NCBI GenBank assembly: GCA_963845145.1
Contig: CAWJQU010000005.1
Location: 1,248,001 to 1,312,000, forward strand
DNA: 64,000 bases
Reading direction: 5' to 3'
Source: an uncultured delta proteobacterium
GTDB lineage: Bacteria; Desulfobacterota; Desulfobacteria; Desulfobacterales; QNYZ01
The first letter of the stretch is position 1. Every line of letters begins with the position of its first letter. Below the pieces are notes generated by a model. The model was not told where the DNA came from and did no database searches. It saw only the letters and a program-made list of their open reading frames with translations. Made by a program: the position numbers and the translations under genes. This document shows positions 28,863 to 38,054 of this stretch, piece by piece.

Positions 28863-30380
28863 TCAGGGCAAAAGAACGCCCACGCGGCGTTCCAGCTCCG
28901 CCCGGGCGATGCCGACATCACTGTTTCGCCGCTCGCCCGCCAGGTTCACATCCAGCCAACCGTTGTAAGAGGTGATCACATCGGCAAAAGAGACTTTTCC
29001 CGATTCATATCCCTTGGTAGATACGTCCAGTGACGTCCGGGAAAGATCCAGCAGCCGGTCCTTGTACAGGGAACGCTCCCGCCGGGCCCGGTCCAGATCG
29101 AACCAGCCCCTTCTTACCATTAGCCGTGTACCTGCTTCGGCGTTCAGGAGATCGGCCCTCAGGGCTTCGACCTTGCGTTTCGTCTCTCGAAGGTAGGCGT
29201 CCCGGGTGCCAAACCACGCATTCCTGGGCAGTCCCTTACCCCTAGCCGGCGATACCTGCGTGCCAAAGCTCGGCTTTTTGCCGGTGCTGCCCGCCTGGAG
29301 AATCGCTTCGTCCGTAAATAGCGAATAGTTTTGGGTAAAGGCCGGTTGGATCATGGTCTCGGCCATCTCCACCATCCGCTCCATCTTTCCCAGCATGGCC
29401 CGCATCCGCTTCAGCTCCTGGCGGTTTGCCATTGCCAGAGGATAGAGGGTATCCAATATGGGCAACGATATGTTCGGGGTGAAGGTGCCTGGCCAACCGA
29501 TAGAATTACCAGGCGGCATGTCCATCAACGCCAGCAGTTCGGTCTCCAGGTTGACCCGCTGTTCCTTCAAGGTGGTTAGCTGTTCATCCAATCGTTCACG
29601 ACCGATGCGGATCTTGACCACATCCTGGTAGCTGGTTTTTCCGGCACCGTACCGGGTCGTGGCGACTGACTCCAGGTGGTTCAACCGATCGAGAGTGTCC
29701 CGGGTGATCCGTTGCGCCCGGTGGGTGTATAGCAGGTTCCAATAGGCCTTACGGCCCTGGGCTAGAATGTCGCGACGGACGAGATCCAGTACTTGTTTTT
29801 GTGCTTCCACATTCTTTTGAGCCACCTGACCTTTAAGGGCCGTCACGCCGGGGAAGGGGAATTTCATCCGAATGTTGTCCATACCCACCATAGGACCCAC
29901 CCCGGGCATCACACTTTCCGTATAGGCCGAATACTGACGGAGTATTTCGTCCAGCTGGGTTACCTGGTCGAACCCTTCTATGGCGGCTCGCACCCGATCG
30001 GTTTCGGCTTTTACAGATGGGTTGCGCACAAGGATCAGGGCCTGAACAACCTGCAGGGAAAAGCGAGGCCGCAGAAGCTCAAGCGTTCGGGCATCATCAG
30101 CGGCGGCCTTGATGATGGTGGGGTGGATATCGGCTTCTTCAGTTGCCGTAGCCGTTTGAACCACCTTTGCCCAGTGATCCCGTAATCTTTCGATGGTCGC
30201 CTTCTCAGCCTCAAACGCATCCGGTTGACTGGCGACCGGCAGGACTGGGGTCTGCGGTTGCCGGAGCAGAGCAGGTGGAGCATAAGCGTCCATGTCCCGT
30301 TTCAAATCCCGGTAACCAGCCTGTGCCGGTCCGGCTACCCAGATCATCACTATTCCGGTGATAATAAGCAAAATTTTCAT
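28863..30380 (-). CDS. TolC family outer-membrane efflux protein
   Basis: 'FPFPG', 'YESGKVSFADVI', coiled helices. Confidence 0.85.
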   Translation of the reverse strand: MKILLIITGIVMIWVAGPAQAGYRDLKRDMDAYAPPALLRQPQTPVLPVASQPDAFEAEKATIERLRDHWAKVVQTATATEEADIHPTIIKAAADDARTLELLRPRFSLQVVQALILVRNPSVKAETDRVRAAIEGFDQVTQLDEILRQYSAYTESVMPGVGPMVGMDNIRMKFPFPGVTALKGQVAQKNVEAQKQVLDLVRRDILAQGRKAYWNLLYTHRAQRITRDTLDRLNHLESVATTRYGAGKTSYQDVVKIRIGRERLDEQLTTLKEQRVNLETELLALMDMPPGNSIGWPGTFTPNISLPILDTLYPLAMANRQELKRMRAMLGKMERMVEMAETMIQPAFTQNYSLFTDEAILQAGSTGKKPSFGTQVSPARGKGLPRNAWFGTRDAYLRETKRKVEALRADLLNAEAGTRLMVRRGWFDLDRARRERSLYKDRLLDLSRTSLDVSTKGYESGKVSFADVITSYNGWLDVNLAGERRNSDVGIARAELERRVGVLLP

Positions 30381-31786
30381 TGCTGTTCCTTTCCGGCTGG
30401 GGACATTGGTATTTGCACGTCGCCCGTTAAACGCCTTCCCGCCATCCGTTCGAGATGCGCCAGGTTGATGCCGTAGTCTGCCTTGGCACGGGCCAGGGCC
30501 AGTTGGAAATTGTACCAGACCGACTGGGTCTCGATGAAATCGGTGAAAGACGACTCCCCCTCCCGGTACCAGACCTCGGCCATTTCCATGGCACGGGCCG
30601 CCTGGGGAACCAGGTCCATCTTGTACAGCGCAACAATTCGCTGGGCGTTACGCGTTTTGAAATAAAGTGTACGGATTTTGGTTTGAACAGCATTAATACG
30701 CATTTGTTTTTCCGCCAGGGCTCTGGACTTTTCCGCCCTGGCCTTGTTGACCCGGCTGTTGTTCTTGCCTAACCACAAAGGGATGGAAATGCCTGCCTGA
30801 AGGCCGATGGCGTCCCGTCCGGCATCCTGGGGTAAAACAGCCACATCAGGTTTGCCGATGCTGGCGTAGAAAAGCCCCACTTTGAAGTCCGGCAGGTTCT
30901 GAAAGCGTGCCAAGGATACCTGGGTGTCACTTTTGTCAACACCCACCTGGGCCATGAGGATCTCTTCCTGATTGGCTTCGGCCAATTGATAGATGGTTCC
31001 CACGTCAGCGGCGAGCGGCGCTAATACCGGCGTGTTCAGAGCCCCCAATACCGAATCGGGGGGACGGTTCAGCAACCCGTTGAGGCGGGTGATCTCCGTC
31101 TGCTCCAGTTCCTCAAGCAGCAGGGCGTCATACTGCAGCTGCCCGGTCTGGGATTGGGCTTTAACCACGTCGGTAAGCGTGGCCCGGTTGTCGGCATGGG
31201 CGGTTTCGCTGATTTTTCGAATGTGGTCGAGCAGACGGGCGTTGTGTTCGGTGACCGTTTGGGCCTGCCGGATGTACCACAGCTCGTAAAAGGACTTTCT
31301 GATAGCCAGAACCGTCTCATTAACCGCCATGTCCAACCTGAGACGGGCCATCCGCGTGTCTGCGGCCACCAGTTCACCGGCCTTGGAAAGCTTGCCGGGA
31401 AAGGGGATCATCTGGGAAATCTGGGCGTTCCAATCCTGGGGACCCAGACGGGTCTCGATGGGCTCGGGAAACCAGGTGACCATCAACTGGGGGTCTGGAT
31501 AACCGGTGGTGACCCGGTAGTTTTCCACCATTGCTCGCCACGCCTCCCGGGCCTGTTGAATGAATGGGTTGTGGGCATAGGCATGGTCGATGAGGTCGGC
31601 AAGTCGAACCGTTTTTGTTAAATTCTGTCCCTCTCCTAAGAGCGACGAATCATGATTCTTTGCATTCGTGACTGGACCCGTAAAAAGAATAACGACCGGG
31701 ATCAGAGCCAAGGCGAGTCTCCATGACAGCCAGGGTATCGGCTTCCATACTGACCTGACGCGTTTTTGGAAATTTAGGTGTTTCAT
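30377..31786 (-). CDS. TolC family outer-membrane efflux protein
   Basis: 'YPDPQL..PIETRLGPQ..QMIPFPGK', 'YREGESSFTDFI'. Confidence 0.88.
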   Translation of the reverse strand: MKHLNFQKRVRSVWKPIPWLSWRLALALIPVVILFTGPVTNAKNHDSSLLGEGQNLTKTVRLADLIDHAYAHNPFIQQAREAWRAMVENYRVTTGYPDPQLMVTWFPEPIETRLGPQDWNAQISQMIPFPGKLSKAGELVAADTRMARLRLDMAVNETVLAIRKSFYELWYIRQAQTVTEHNARLLDHIRKISETAHADNRATLTDVVKAQSQTGQLQYDALLLEELEQTEITRLNGLLNRPPDSVLGALNTPVLAPLAADVGTIYQLAEANQEEILMAQVGVDKSDTQVSLARFQNLPDFKVGLFYASIGKPDVAVLPQDAGRDAIGLQAGISIPLWLGKNNSRVNKARAEKSRALAEKQMRINAVQTKIRTLYFKTRNAQRIVALYKMDLVPQAARAMEMAEVWYREGESSFTDFIETQSVWYNFQLALARAKADYGINLAHLERMAGRRLTGDVQIPMSPAGKEQQ

Positions 31787-31858
31787 TCCGATCTCCTGCC
31801 GTTAATGAAGACGTGACGTCACTTAATGGATCTTTCATGGTTTTTATATCTGGTTATA

Positions 31859-31875
31859 TTCAATTGCCGTGCCAA
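31859..31875 (-). promoter_or_regulatory. sigma54 promoter of the tolC-tolC-cusBA operon
   Basis: TTGGCACGGCAATTGAA on the minus strand (-24/-12). Confidence 0.75.
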
Positions 31876-32106
31876 CAGGATAACAGTCAGATATCGTTGC
31901 AAATATAGCCTTCCGGGTGTGAGTACAGATAAACAGGTGCGCAGATATCGATCAAATTTGTTTAAAAATGATGGCAAGTGCGTAAATATTTCGCGGGGTG
32001 CGAAAATTGATAATTTGTCAATCGTCGTCCGCAGGTCCTATACACATGCTTTGCCATAGCGCCCCCACGGGATATCAAGGGCAGTTGATTCTACGAAGAT
32101 ATCCGG

Positions 32107-32123
32107 TTGGCACGAATTTTGAA
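32107..32123 (+). promoter_or_regulatory. sigma54 promoter of the divergent operon
   Basis: TTGGCACGAATTTTGAA. Confidence 0.75.
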
Positions 32124-32175
32124 CTTAAATTTGAATGGAAAATAGGGAAGAAATGAAAAATTGATGGAGGTTATC

Positions 32176-32544
32176 ATGAAGCTATCTAGCAGGATAATTC
32201 GACCGTGGCGGTTGATAGTCGCCGGTTTGATATTTGCCGGCTTGATCATTTCCAATCCGGGGGTTGCTCGCAGCCATGGTGGAAAAACCCATGGGGATGA
32301 ACCGTTTTCCGCGTTTCAGGCTGTCCAGAAGGCAGTCCAGCTTTACGATCGCCTGATCTCTGCTGGTAAACTGTCGGAAGAGTGGGAAACCGACCTGACA
32401 TCCATCCATGTGAATGCGCGTGGCTCTGAATCCGATCGCGAATATGTGGTGCAGTTCAAACGGACTGGTGGCGATACGGACAGTGTTTACTTTTACTTCG
32501 ATCGCCAGGGGGAATATTCGGGATCGAATTTCACGGGTAAATAA
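32176..32544 (+). CDS. Periplasmic His-containing protein (DUF6488-like)
   Basis: Signal peptide then SHGGKTHG; ends 'YFYFDRQGEYSGSNFTGK'; RBS GGAGG before ATG 32176. Confidence 0.7.
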   Translation: MKLSSRIIRPWRLIVAGLIFAGLIISNPGVARSHGGKTHGDEPFSAFQAVQKAVQLYDRLISAGKLSEEWETDLTSIHVNARGSESDREYVVQFKRTGGDTDSVYFYFDRQGEYSGSNFTGK

Positions 32545-32556
32545 GGAGATGCCTAT

Positions 32557-33204
32557 ATGGCCCCAACTCTCACCAATTACCGGTCTCCCAGCAGAATGAC
32601 GCTGGAACGGATGCCCACCCCCGCCAAGGCCCTGGCTACCTGTATCATCGTTGTTCTGGCCATCGGTATGCTGGGCGCAATGGGGCAGATCGTTGTGCAT
32701 GACATTGTTCCCACTTTTTTTTCTCAATCCGGAAAAGAGGAAATGACCCCGCCGTCAGGCGAAAGCCATGCCGGCATGGGGCACAGCTCTCCGGCTACGC
32801 CTGGAACCGGGCGGGGAGATCTGTTTTCCGACCTGTCAACCGTCGTAAAGAAATCAGCCAAACCGTTTTACCAACAGGAACAATTTGTCTGGATCCTGAA
32901 GTGGACTCACATCCACCTGTTCGGCATAAGCATGATTTTCATCTTCGTGGGGGCCATCACCATATGTCTGGATATCGGTTCCGCCCTGCGTACATGGCTG
33001 GTCGTGCTGCCTTTTTTCGGGGTGCTGATCGATATCCTGGCCATGTGGCTGAAAGCCTTTGTATCACCGGCATTTTTCTGGCTGCACGTACCTGGTGGAG
33101 GCCTGTTTGCCGTGATATTCGGATATGTATCACTGCGGGCATTGTGGGAAATGTGGCTTAGGCCCGTGCCGGAAACACGCCGCGATAATCCTGAAGACCA
33201 TTAA
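32557..33204 (+). CDS. Hypothetical membrane protein
   Basis: About four TM helices, 'WTHIHLFG', His-rich loop. Confidence 0.75.
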   Translation: MAPTLTNYRSPSRMTLERMPTPAKALATCIIVVLAIGMLGAMGQIVVHDIVPTFFSQSGKEEMTPPSGESHAGMGHSSPATPGTGRGDLFSDLSTVVKKSAKPFYQQEQFVWILKWTHIHLFGISMIFIFVGAITICLDIGSALRTWLVVLPFFGVLIDILAMWLKAFVSPAFFWLHVPGGGLFAVIFGYVSLRALWEMWLRPVPETRRDNPEDH

Positions 33205-33363
33205 ATTGTCAGTGACGATTTTTTTCCATCATAGTTCCTCTTGCCGGTGAGGTGTGAAAAATATTTGCACTTGGGGCTTTGTCTCCTTATTTATTACTAA
33301 ATAACTGATTTTATCTATTCGGTTTAGCTATCCGGTCCCATTAACGAAGGAAATACAGCAGCC

Positions 33364-35116
33364 ATGACGATCGTACCCCGCCGACAACTTTATATGACGG
33401 CCTGGACGATCCTTTTTATCGTGCTGCTGTTGCTGGCCTTTATCAGTGTTTCCACCTACCGGAACCTGGGTCGGGAAAGAAAAGCTGCCGTGGAAACGAT
33501 CCACCGTCAAGCCCTGGCCCTAATCACGGCCCTGGAAGCCGGCGCCCGGGTCGGCATGATGATGCAAATGGCCGGAAAGGATGCCATTGGGAATCTGGTT
33601 CACGAAATCAGTCGATCCGATGATATTAATTACCTGTATTTGGTAAATGCCGAGGGGGAAGTGGTGCATCACTCGATCCCTTCCCTTGTAGGCACCCGGG
33701 CTGCGTGGCGTCCGGAGTTTGAACAGGCGGGAGAAGTCCGTTACCGCAAACGTCGTCTCAGCGACGGAACCCATGTTTATGAAGTGGCAAAGCCGTTTAC
33801 CCCTATGGAGACCCAATCGGGTGACATCCAGCCATCAACCCAAGATCCGGCATCCGAAAACCAAGTACATTTTCATGCCCGAGCCATTGTCTACTTAGGA
33901 ATGACGATGGCGGCCTATGAAGACGCTCGTAAATCAGACCTGCAACATGCCATGATTATGGCATGTATTGTTCTGGCATTGGGCGGTGGCGTCATCTATT
34001 TTTTTATCGTAATCCGAAGCTACCACCTGCTCAGCCAAACCCTTAAAAAAAACCGCGATTATACCCGGCAGGTGATAGAAAACATGGCCCACGGCTTGTT
34101 AAGTATCGATCCCGGCGGAAAGATAATATCCTACAACCAACAGGCACTGTCATTGCTGGACTTGTCGGCAACGGACATCGACCATTTCGAATTGCAGACG
34201 ATTTTCGATTTTCAACAAACCGGAATTGCTCAGACACTCAACCAGGGTGTGCCGGTGCTTACCAGAGAAATCCGCTATCACAGGGAAAAGGGTGACCCGC
34301 TTCCACTGCTGTTGACCGTGACACCCATTAAGGATGAAACGGGTATTCGTAGCGGCGCGGTTGTGGTGTTGAGAGATTTGAGCGAGATTAAACGGTTGGA
34401 AGCAGAGGTACGACGTGCTGAAAAATTGGCGGTGGTCGGGCGATTGGCTGCAGGGGTTGCTCACGAAATTCGGAACCCGCTCAGCTCAATTCGTGGATTT
34501 GCCTATTTGCTAGGGCGGGGTCATGAAAAGGAGACCGTCGAGCGGGAATACGCCGATGTCATGGTGCGTGAGATCGATCGTATTAACCGTGTTGTGACAG
34601 ACTTGCTCAATTTTTCCCGACCCATGACGCTGGAACCGAAAATGGCAATTCTTCCGGATCTCATTGATCATGTCGTATCCCTAGTTTCCGGCGATGCTCA
34701 AACCCACGACATAAGTATCCACGTTCATTGCCCGGCAGATCTTGAGCCCTTGTCATTGGACCCGAACCAGATCACCCAAGCGCTGCTCAATCTGATGCTT
34801 AATGCTATTCATGCGATTGAAAATGGGGGCGCAATTGAAATTCGGGCTTCCCGTTCAAAGGTTAAGGGGGTCAAGATTTATGTGGAGGACACCGGTGCTG
34901 GAATTGGAGCGGAGGTTAAGGAAAAGATTTTTGAGCCCTTTTACACCACCAAGGAGCGGGGTACCGGTCTGGGGTTGGCGATGGTTCGCAAAATTGCTGA
35001 AAATCATGGGGGTACGCGTTGATGTGGAAAGTCCGCCGCCGGGAAAAAGTACCGGCACCCGGTTTGTCCTGATTCTTCAAAATATAGAGGGAGACAGATC
35101 CCTTGCGGAATCGTAA
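33364..35116 (+). CDS. PAS sensor histidine kinase (ZraS/HydH-like), frameshifted near the C-terminus
   Basis: AHEIRNPL H-box, N/G1/F/G2 boxes; frame breaks at ~35017 and continues VDVESPPPGKSTGTRFVL to 35116. Confidence 0.85.
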
Positions 35117-35254
35117 CACACGCTGACAATGACGATTGGAAGCCGAAAATCTATCCATCCAGACAACAACAAGAATTTGGATGCCGGGTCAAGCCAACGG
35201 TTTATAAAAATACGAATCTTTTTGACATTCTCTTGATGTGGAGATGGAAGGGCG

Positions 35255-36628
35255 ATGATGACAAAGATACTCGTGGTAGACGACGATCCATCCCATCGTA
35301 CCATGCTGAAAGCCGTTTTGTCGGCCGAGGGCTACCAGGTGCAAGAAGCCGATGACGGCGACACAGCGTGCGGGATGGTAGAGACAACCCTTTTCGATTT
35401 GGTGCTTATGGACCTTCGCATGAAGCGCATGAATGGGGATGAAGCCCAGAAAAAGATCGTCGATATAAGCCCCGATACACCGGTTATTATCATGACCGCT
35501 TACGGCTCGGTTAGATCGGCTGTTGAGGCCCTTAAAGCCGGCGCCCAAAACTACCTCACCAAGCCCGTCGACATTGATGAACTAAAATTTCTGATTACGA
35601 AAACGCTGCATCACCGCCAGCTTGAAGAAGAGAACCTCAACCTTAAAGAAAGATTGGATGCCCGATTTGATTTTGGTGGAATCATAGGCCGCAGTCCCTC
35701 CATGCGGGAACTTTTTGAAACCCTGGCGCTAGTCGCGCCATCGGAGGCTACCGTATTGATCCAAGGGGAAAGCGGTACTGGAAAAGAATTGGTTGCCAAC
35801 GCTATTCACCACAACAGTCTTCGCAAGGATCGCCCCTTCGTCAAGGTCAATTGCGCGGCCCTGCCCGAAACATTGCTGGAGAACGAGCTTTTCGGACATG
35901 AAAAGGGCGCTTTTACGGGTGCCACCGGACCCAAGAAAGGACGGTTTCAGTTGGCGGATAAGGGCACCCTTTTTCTGGATGAGATTGCAGAAATGGCGCC
36001 GTCGACCCAGGCTAAGATCCTGCGCGTCCTTCAGGAAAGGGAATTCGAGCCGGTGGGAGGAACCCGGACCATTCATGTGGATACCCGGATTATCTCGGCC
36101 ACCAACCAGGATCTGGAAGCGGAAATCACTAAAGGCCGGTTTCGGGAAGATCTTTACTATCGGCTCAATGTGGTCATGGTTAAGGTGCCTCCCCTGAGAA
36201 ATCGCCTGGCCGATACGCCCCTTCTTGCCAAATATTTTCTGGATCGATATGGTAAAAAAAATCATCGTAATCTAAAAGGGTTCGATCCCCTCGCCATGGA
36301 TCTCCTGGTACAACATCCCTGGCCCGGTAATGTCCGTGAGCTTGAAAACGTTATCGAGCGAGCAGTGATCATGGCCAGGGGCGACATAATCGGCCCAGAA
36401 CATTTCCCTGACAACCTTAGAAATCAAAGTGCCAATCAGCCTGCCGCAGAGACAACGCTGACATCCGGCCGTGCATTGAAAGAGGTCGAAAAAGAGATGA
36501 TTCTGAAGACCTTGAAGGAGATGGGCGGCAACCGGACACATACGGCAGAGATATTGGGTATCAGCCGCCGAACCCTCCAGCTAAAATTAAAGGACTACAG
36601 AGAAAAAAACCTTCGGGTTGACAAGTAA
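35255..36628 (+). CDS. sigma54-dependent response regulator (ZraR/AtoC-like)
   Basis: REC domain, GESGTGKE, GAFTGA, Fis-type HTH. Confidence 0.95.
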   Translation: MMTKILVVDDDPSHRTMLKAVLSAEGYQVQEADDGDTACGMVETTLFDLVLMDLRMKRMNGDEAQKKIVDISPDTPVIIMTAYGSVRSAVEALKAGAQNYLTKPVDIDELKFLITKTLHHRQLEEENLNLKERLDARFDFGGIIGRSPSMRELFETLALVAPSEATVLIQGESGTGKELVANAIHHNSLRKDRPFVKVNCAALPETLLENELFGHEKGAFTGATGPKKGRFQLADKGTLFLDEIAEMAPSTQAKILRVLQEREFEPVGGTRTIHVDTRIISATNQDLEAEITKGRFREDLYYRLNVVMVKVPPLRNRLADTPLLAKYFLDRYGKKNHRNLKGFDPLAMDLLVQHPWPGNVRELENVIERAVIMARGDIIGPEHFPDNLRNQSANQPAAETTLTSGRALKEVEKEMILKTLKEMGGNRTHTAEILGISRRTLQLKLKDYREKNLRVDK

Positions 36629-36764
36629 GAGCGGTGATTACGTCGCTGATAATAACCGGTGGCAAAAAGCAAAACGAGAGTGAACGTCGTTCTTTGCCGT
36701 TCAAGTTGGCTTGTCCGGTTGCAGAATCTTTTAATAACATGCTAAAATCATATAATTTATTTTA

Positions 36765-36793
36765 TTGACATCGCTTTTTCCAGGCTATATTCT
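36765..36793 (+). promoter_or_regulatory. sigma70 promoter
   Basis: TTGACA-N17-TATTCT. Confidence 0.6.
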
Positions 36794-36885
36794 ATATCGC
36801 AACAGATGCTTGAAAGGCCGTTATTTTTAATCGGCTTTAAAGTTAGGTTTGATCTGGCTACAATCGTTCTCAGGGGGTAACGATC

Positions 36886-37218
36886 TTGACCTGTTCGCGT
36901 CAATCAGCGTTAAAAAAAGGTCGCGGATATCTACTATTGGTATTACTGCCGTTAGTTAGTATTTATCTCTTTTTTTCGGTATCCCCTTTTTATAGTTCCG
37001 AGCACCTTCATTCCAAAGCGAATTCGAAGAGCGTGATTTTTCAGATAGTTGAAAAAGAAGATGTGTCGGAAGGTGACAAATATTTTTTACTTCTTCCTCA
37101 TTCAACATCCATTCTCTATTTGAATGGGCTTAAAAATAAAAAAACGGGTGATTTTTTCCATCCGCCTCAGCCCAAATTGATATTCATCACACCTCGTTCC
37201 CCTCCGTCTCAAACTTAA
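36886..37218 (+). CDS. Small TM protein ending in RSPP (candidate arrest/leader peptide)
   Basis: N-terminal hydrophobic helix, HLH, C-terminal ITPRSPPSQT; AGGGGG before the TTG start. Confidence 0.5.
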   Translation: MTCSRQSALKKGRGYLLLVLLPLVSIYLFFSVSPFYSSEHLHSKANSKSVIFQIVEKEDVSEGDKYFLLLPHSTSILYLNGLKNKKTGDFFHPPQPKLIFITPRSPPSQT

Positions 37219-37457
37219 ACGCGCGGTGCACGTTTCCTTCGCAGGCTATGATATTTTACAACAAGTGGATTGGGTTTGCCTGTCTTTAATGCTTTTAATA
37301 TCGATTAGCGTTTATTTTTAATTTAACGGGCTATTGTTAAAAAGAGGTTTTAGATCTTTTAATAATGCAAAAAGTACGCATTATTTAGATAAACCGTGCC
37401 GGCTCGTTCAATTGTCCCTGAAATAATCATTCAAATGACTGCATTAGGAGGCATGCC

Positions 37458-38027
37458 ATGAAAACGACAATCGTAAAAGAGATCATGATTCCAATTTCGG
37501 AATATGCCACTGTTTTGGAGGAAGGTACCCTGCTCGATGCTGTTTCTGCTTTAAAAGAGACACAAGAAGAACATTGTCGGACGCGTGATAAGCATCGGGC
37601 GGTCATCGTATTTGATAAAGGCGGAAAGGTTGTGGGTAAGCTGAGCCAGCATGATGTCATTGAAGCTTTGGAGCCTAATTATAAAAAATTAAAAAAGACC
37701 GGCAGTGATGCGCTACACCGCTTTGGCCTCAGTGATGTCTATATAGACTCTGCTATGAAAGAATATGGTCTTTGGAGCAAACCTTTTTCGAACCTTTGTG
37801 AAAAGGCAATAAATCAGCGGGTTAAGAATGTTATGTATACTCTCAGCGAAGGAGAGTTTATTGAAGAAAATGATACCATGGATAAAGCCATTCACCAGTT
37901 AATCGTTGGGCGACACCACTCTTTGCTCGTCACTGTCGCTGGAAGTCGAGAAATAGCCGGTGTGCTGAGGCTCACGGATGTGTTTGAGCTTGTATCCGAT
38001 GCGCTTACGGAGTGTAATCCGGAATAA
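37458..38027 (+). CDS. CBS domain protein
   Basis: VKEIMIP..., GKVVGKLS, AGVLRLTDVF. Confidence 0.88.
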   Translation: MKTTIVKEIMIPISEYATVLEEGTLLDAVSALKETQEEHCRTRDKHRAVIVFDKGGKVVGKLSQHDVIEALEPNYKKLKKTGSDALHRFGLSDVYIDSAMKEYGLWSKPFSNLCEKAINQRVKNVMYTLSEGEFIEENDTMDKAIHQLIVGRHHSLLVTVAGSREIAGVLRLTDVFELVSDALTECNPE

Positions 38028-38054
38028 CCCATTATATCCATACAATAATCGCAA

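Noticed and set aside
24335..31621. Long antisense ORFs over the cus/tolC genes (e.g. 26074-27225, 24796-25587)
   Set aside because: These are shadow ORFs of GC-rich coding sequence with no recognisable motifs.
35017..35022. UGA in the histidine kinase read as selenocysteine
   Set aside because: Homology continues in a different frame, so this is a frameshift, not read-through.
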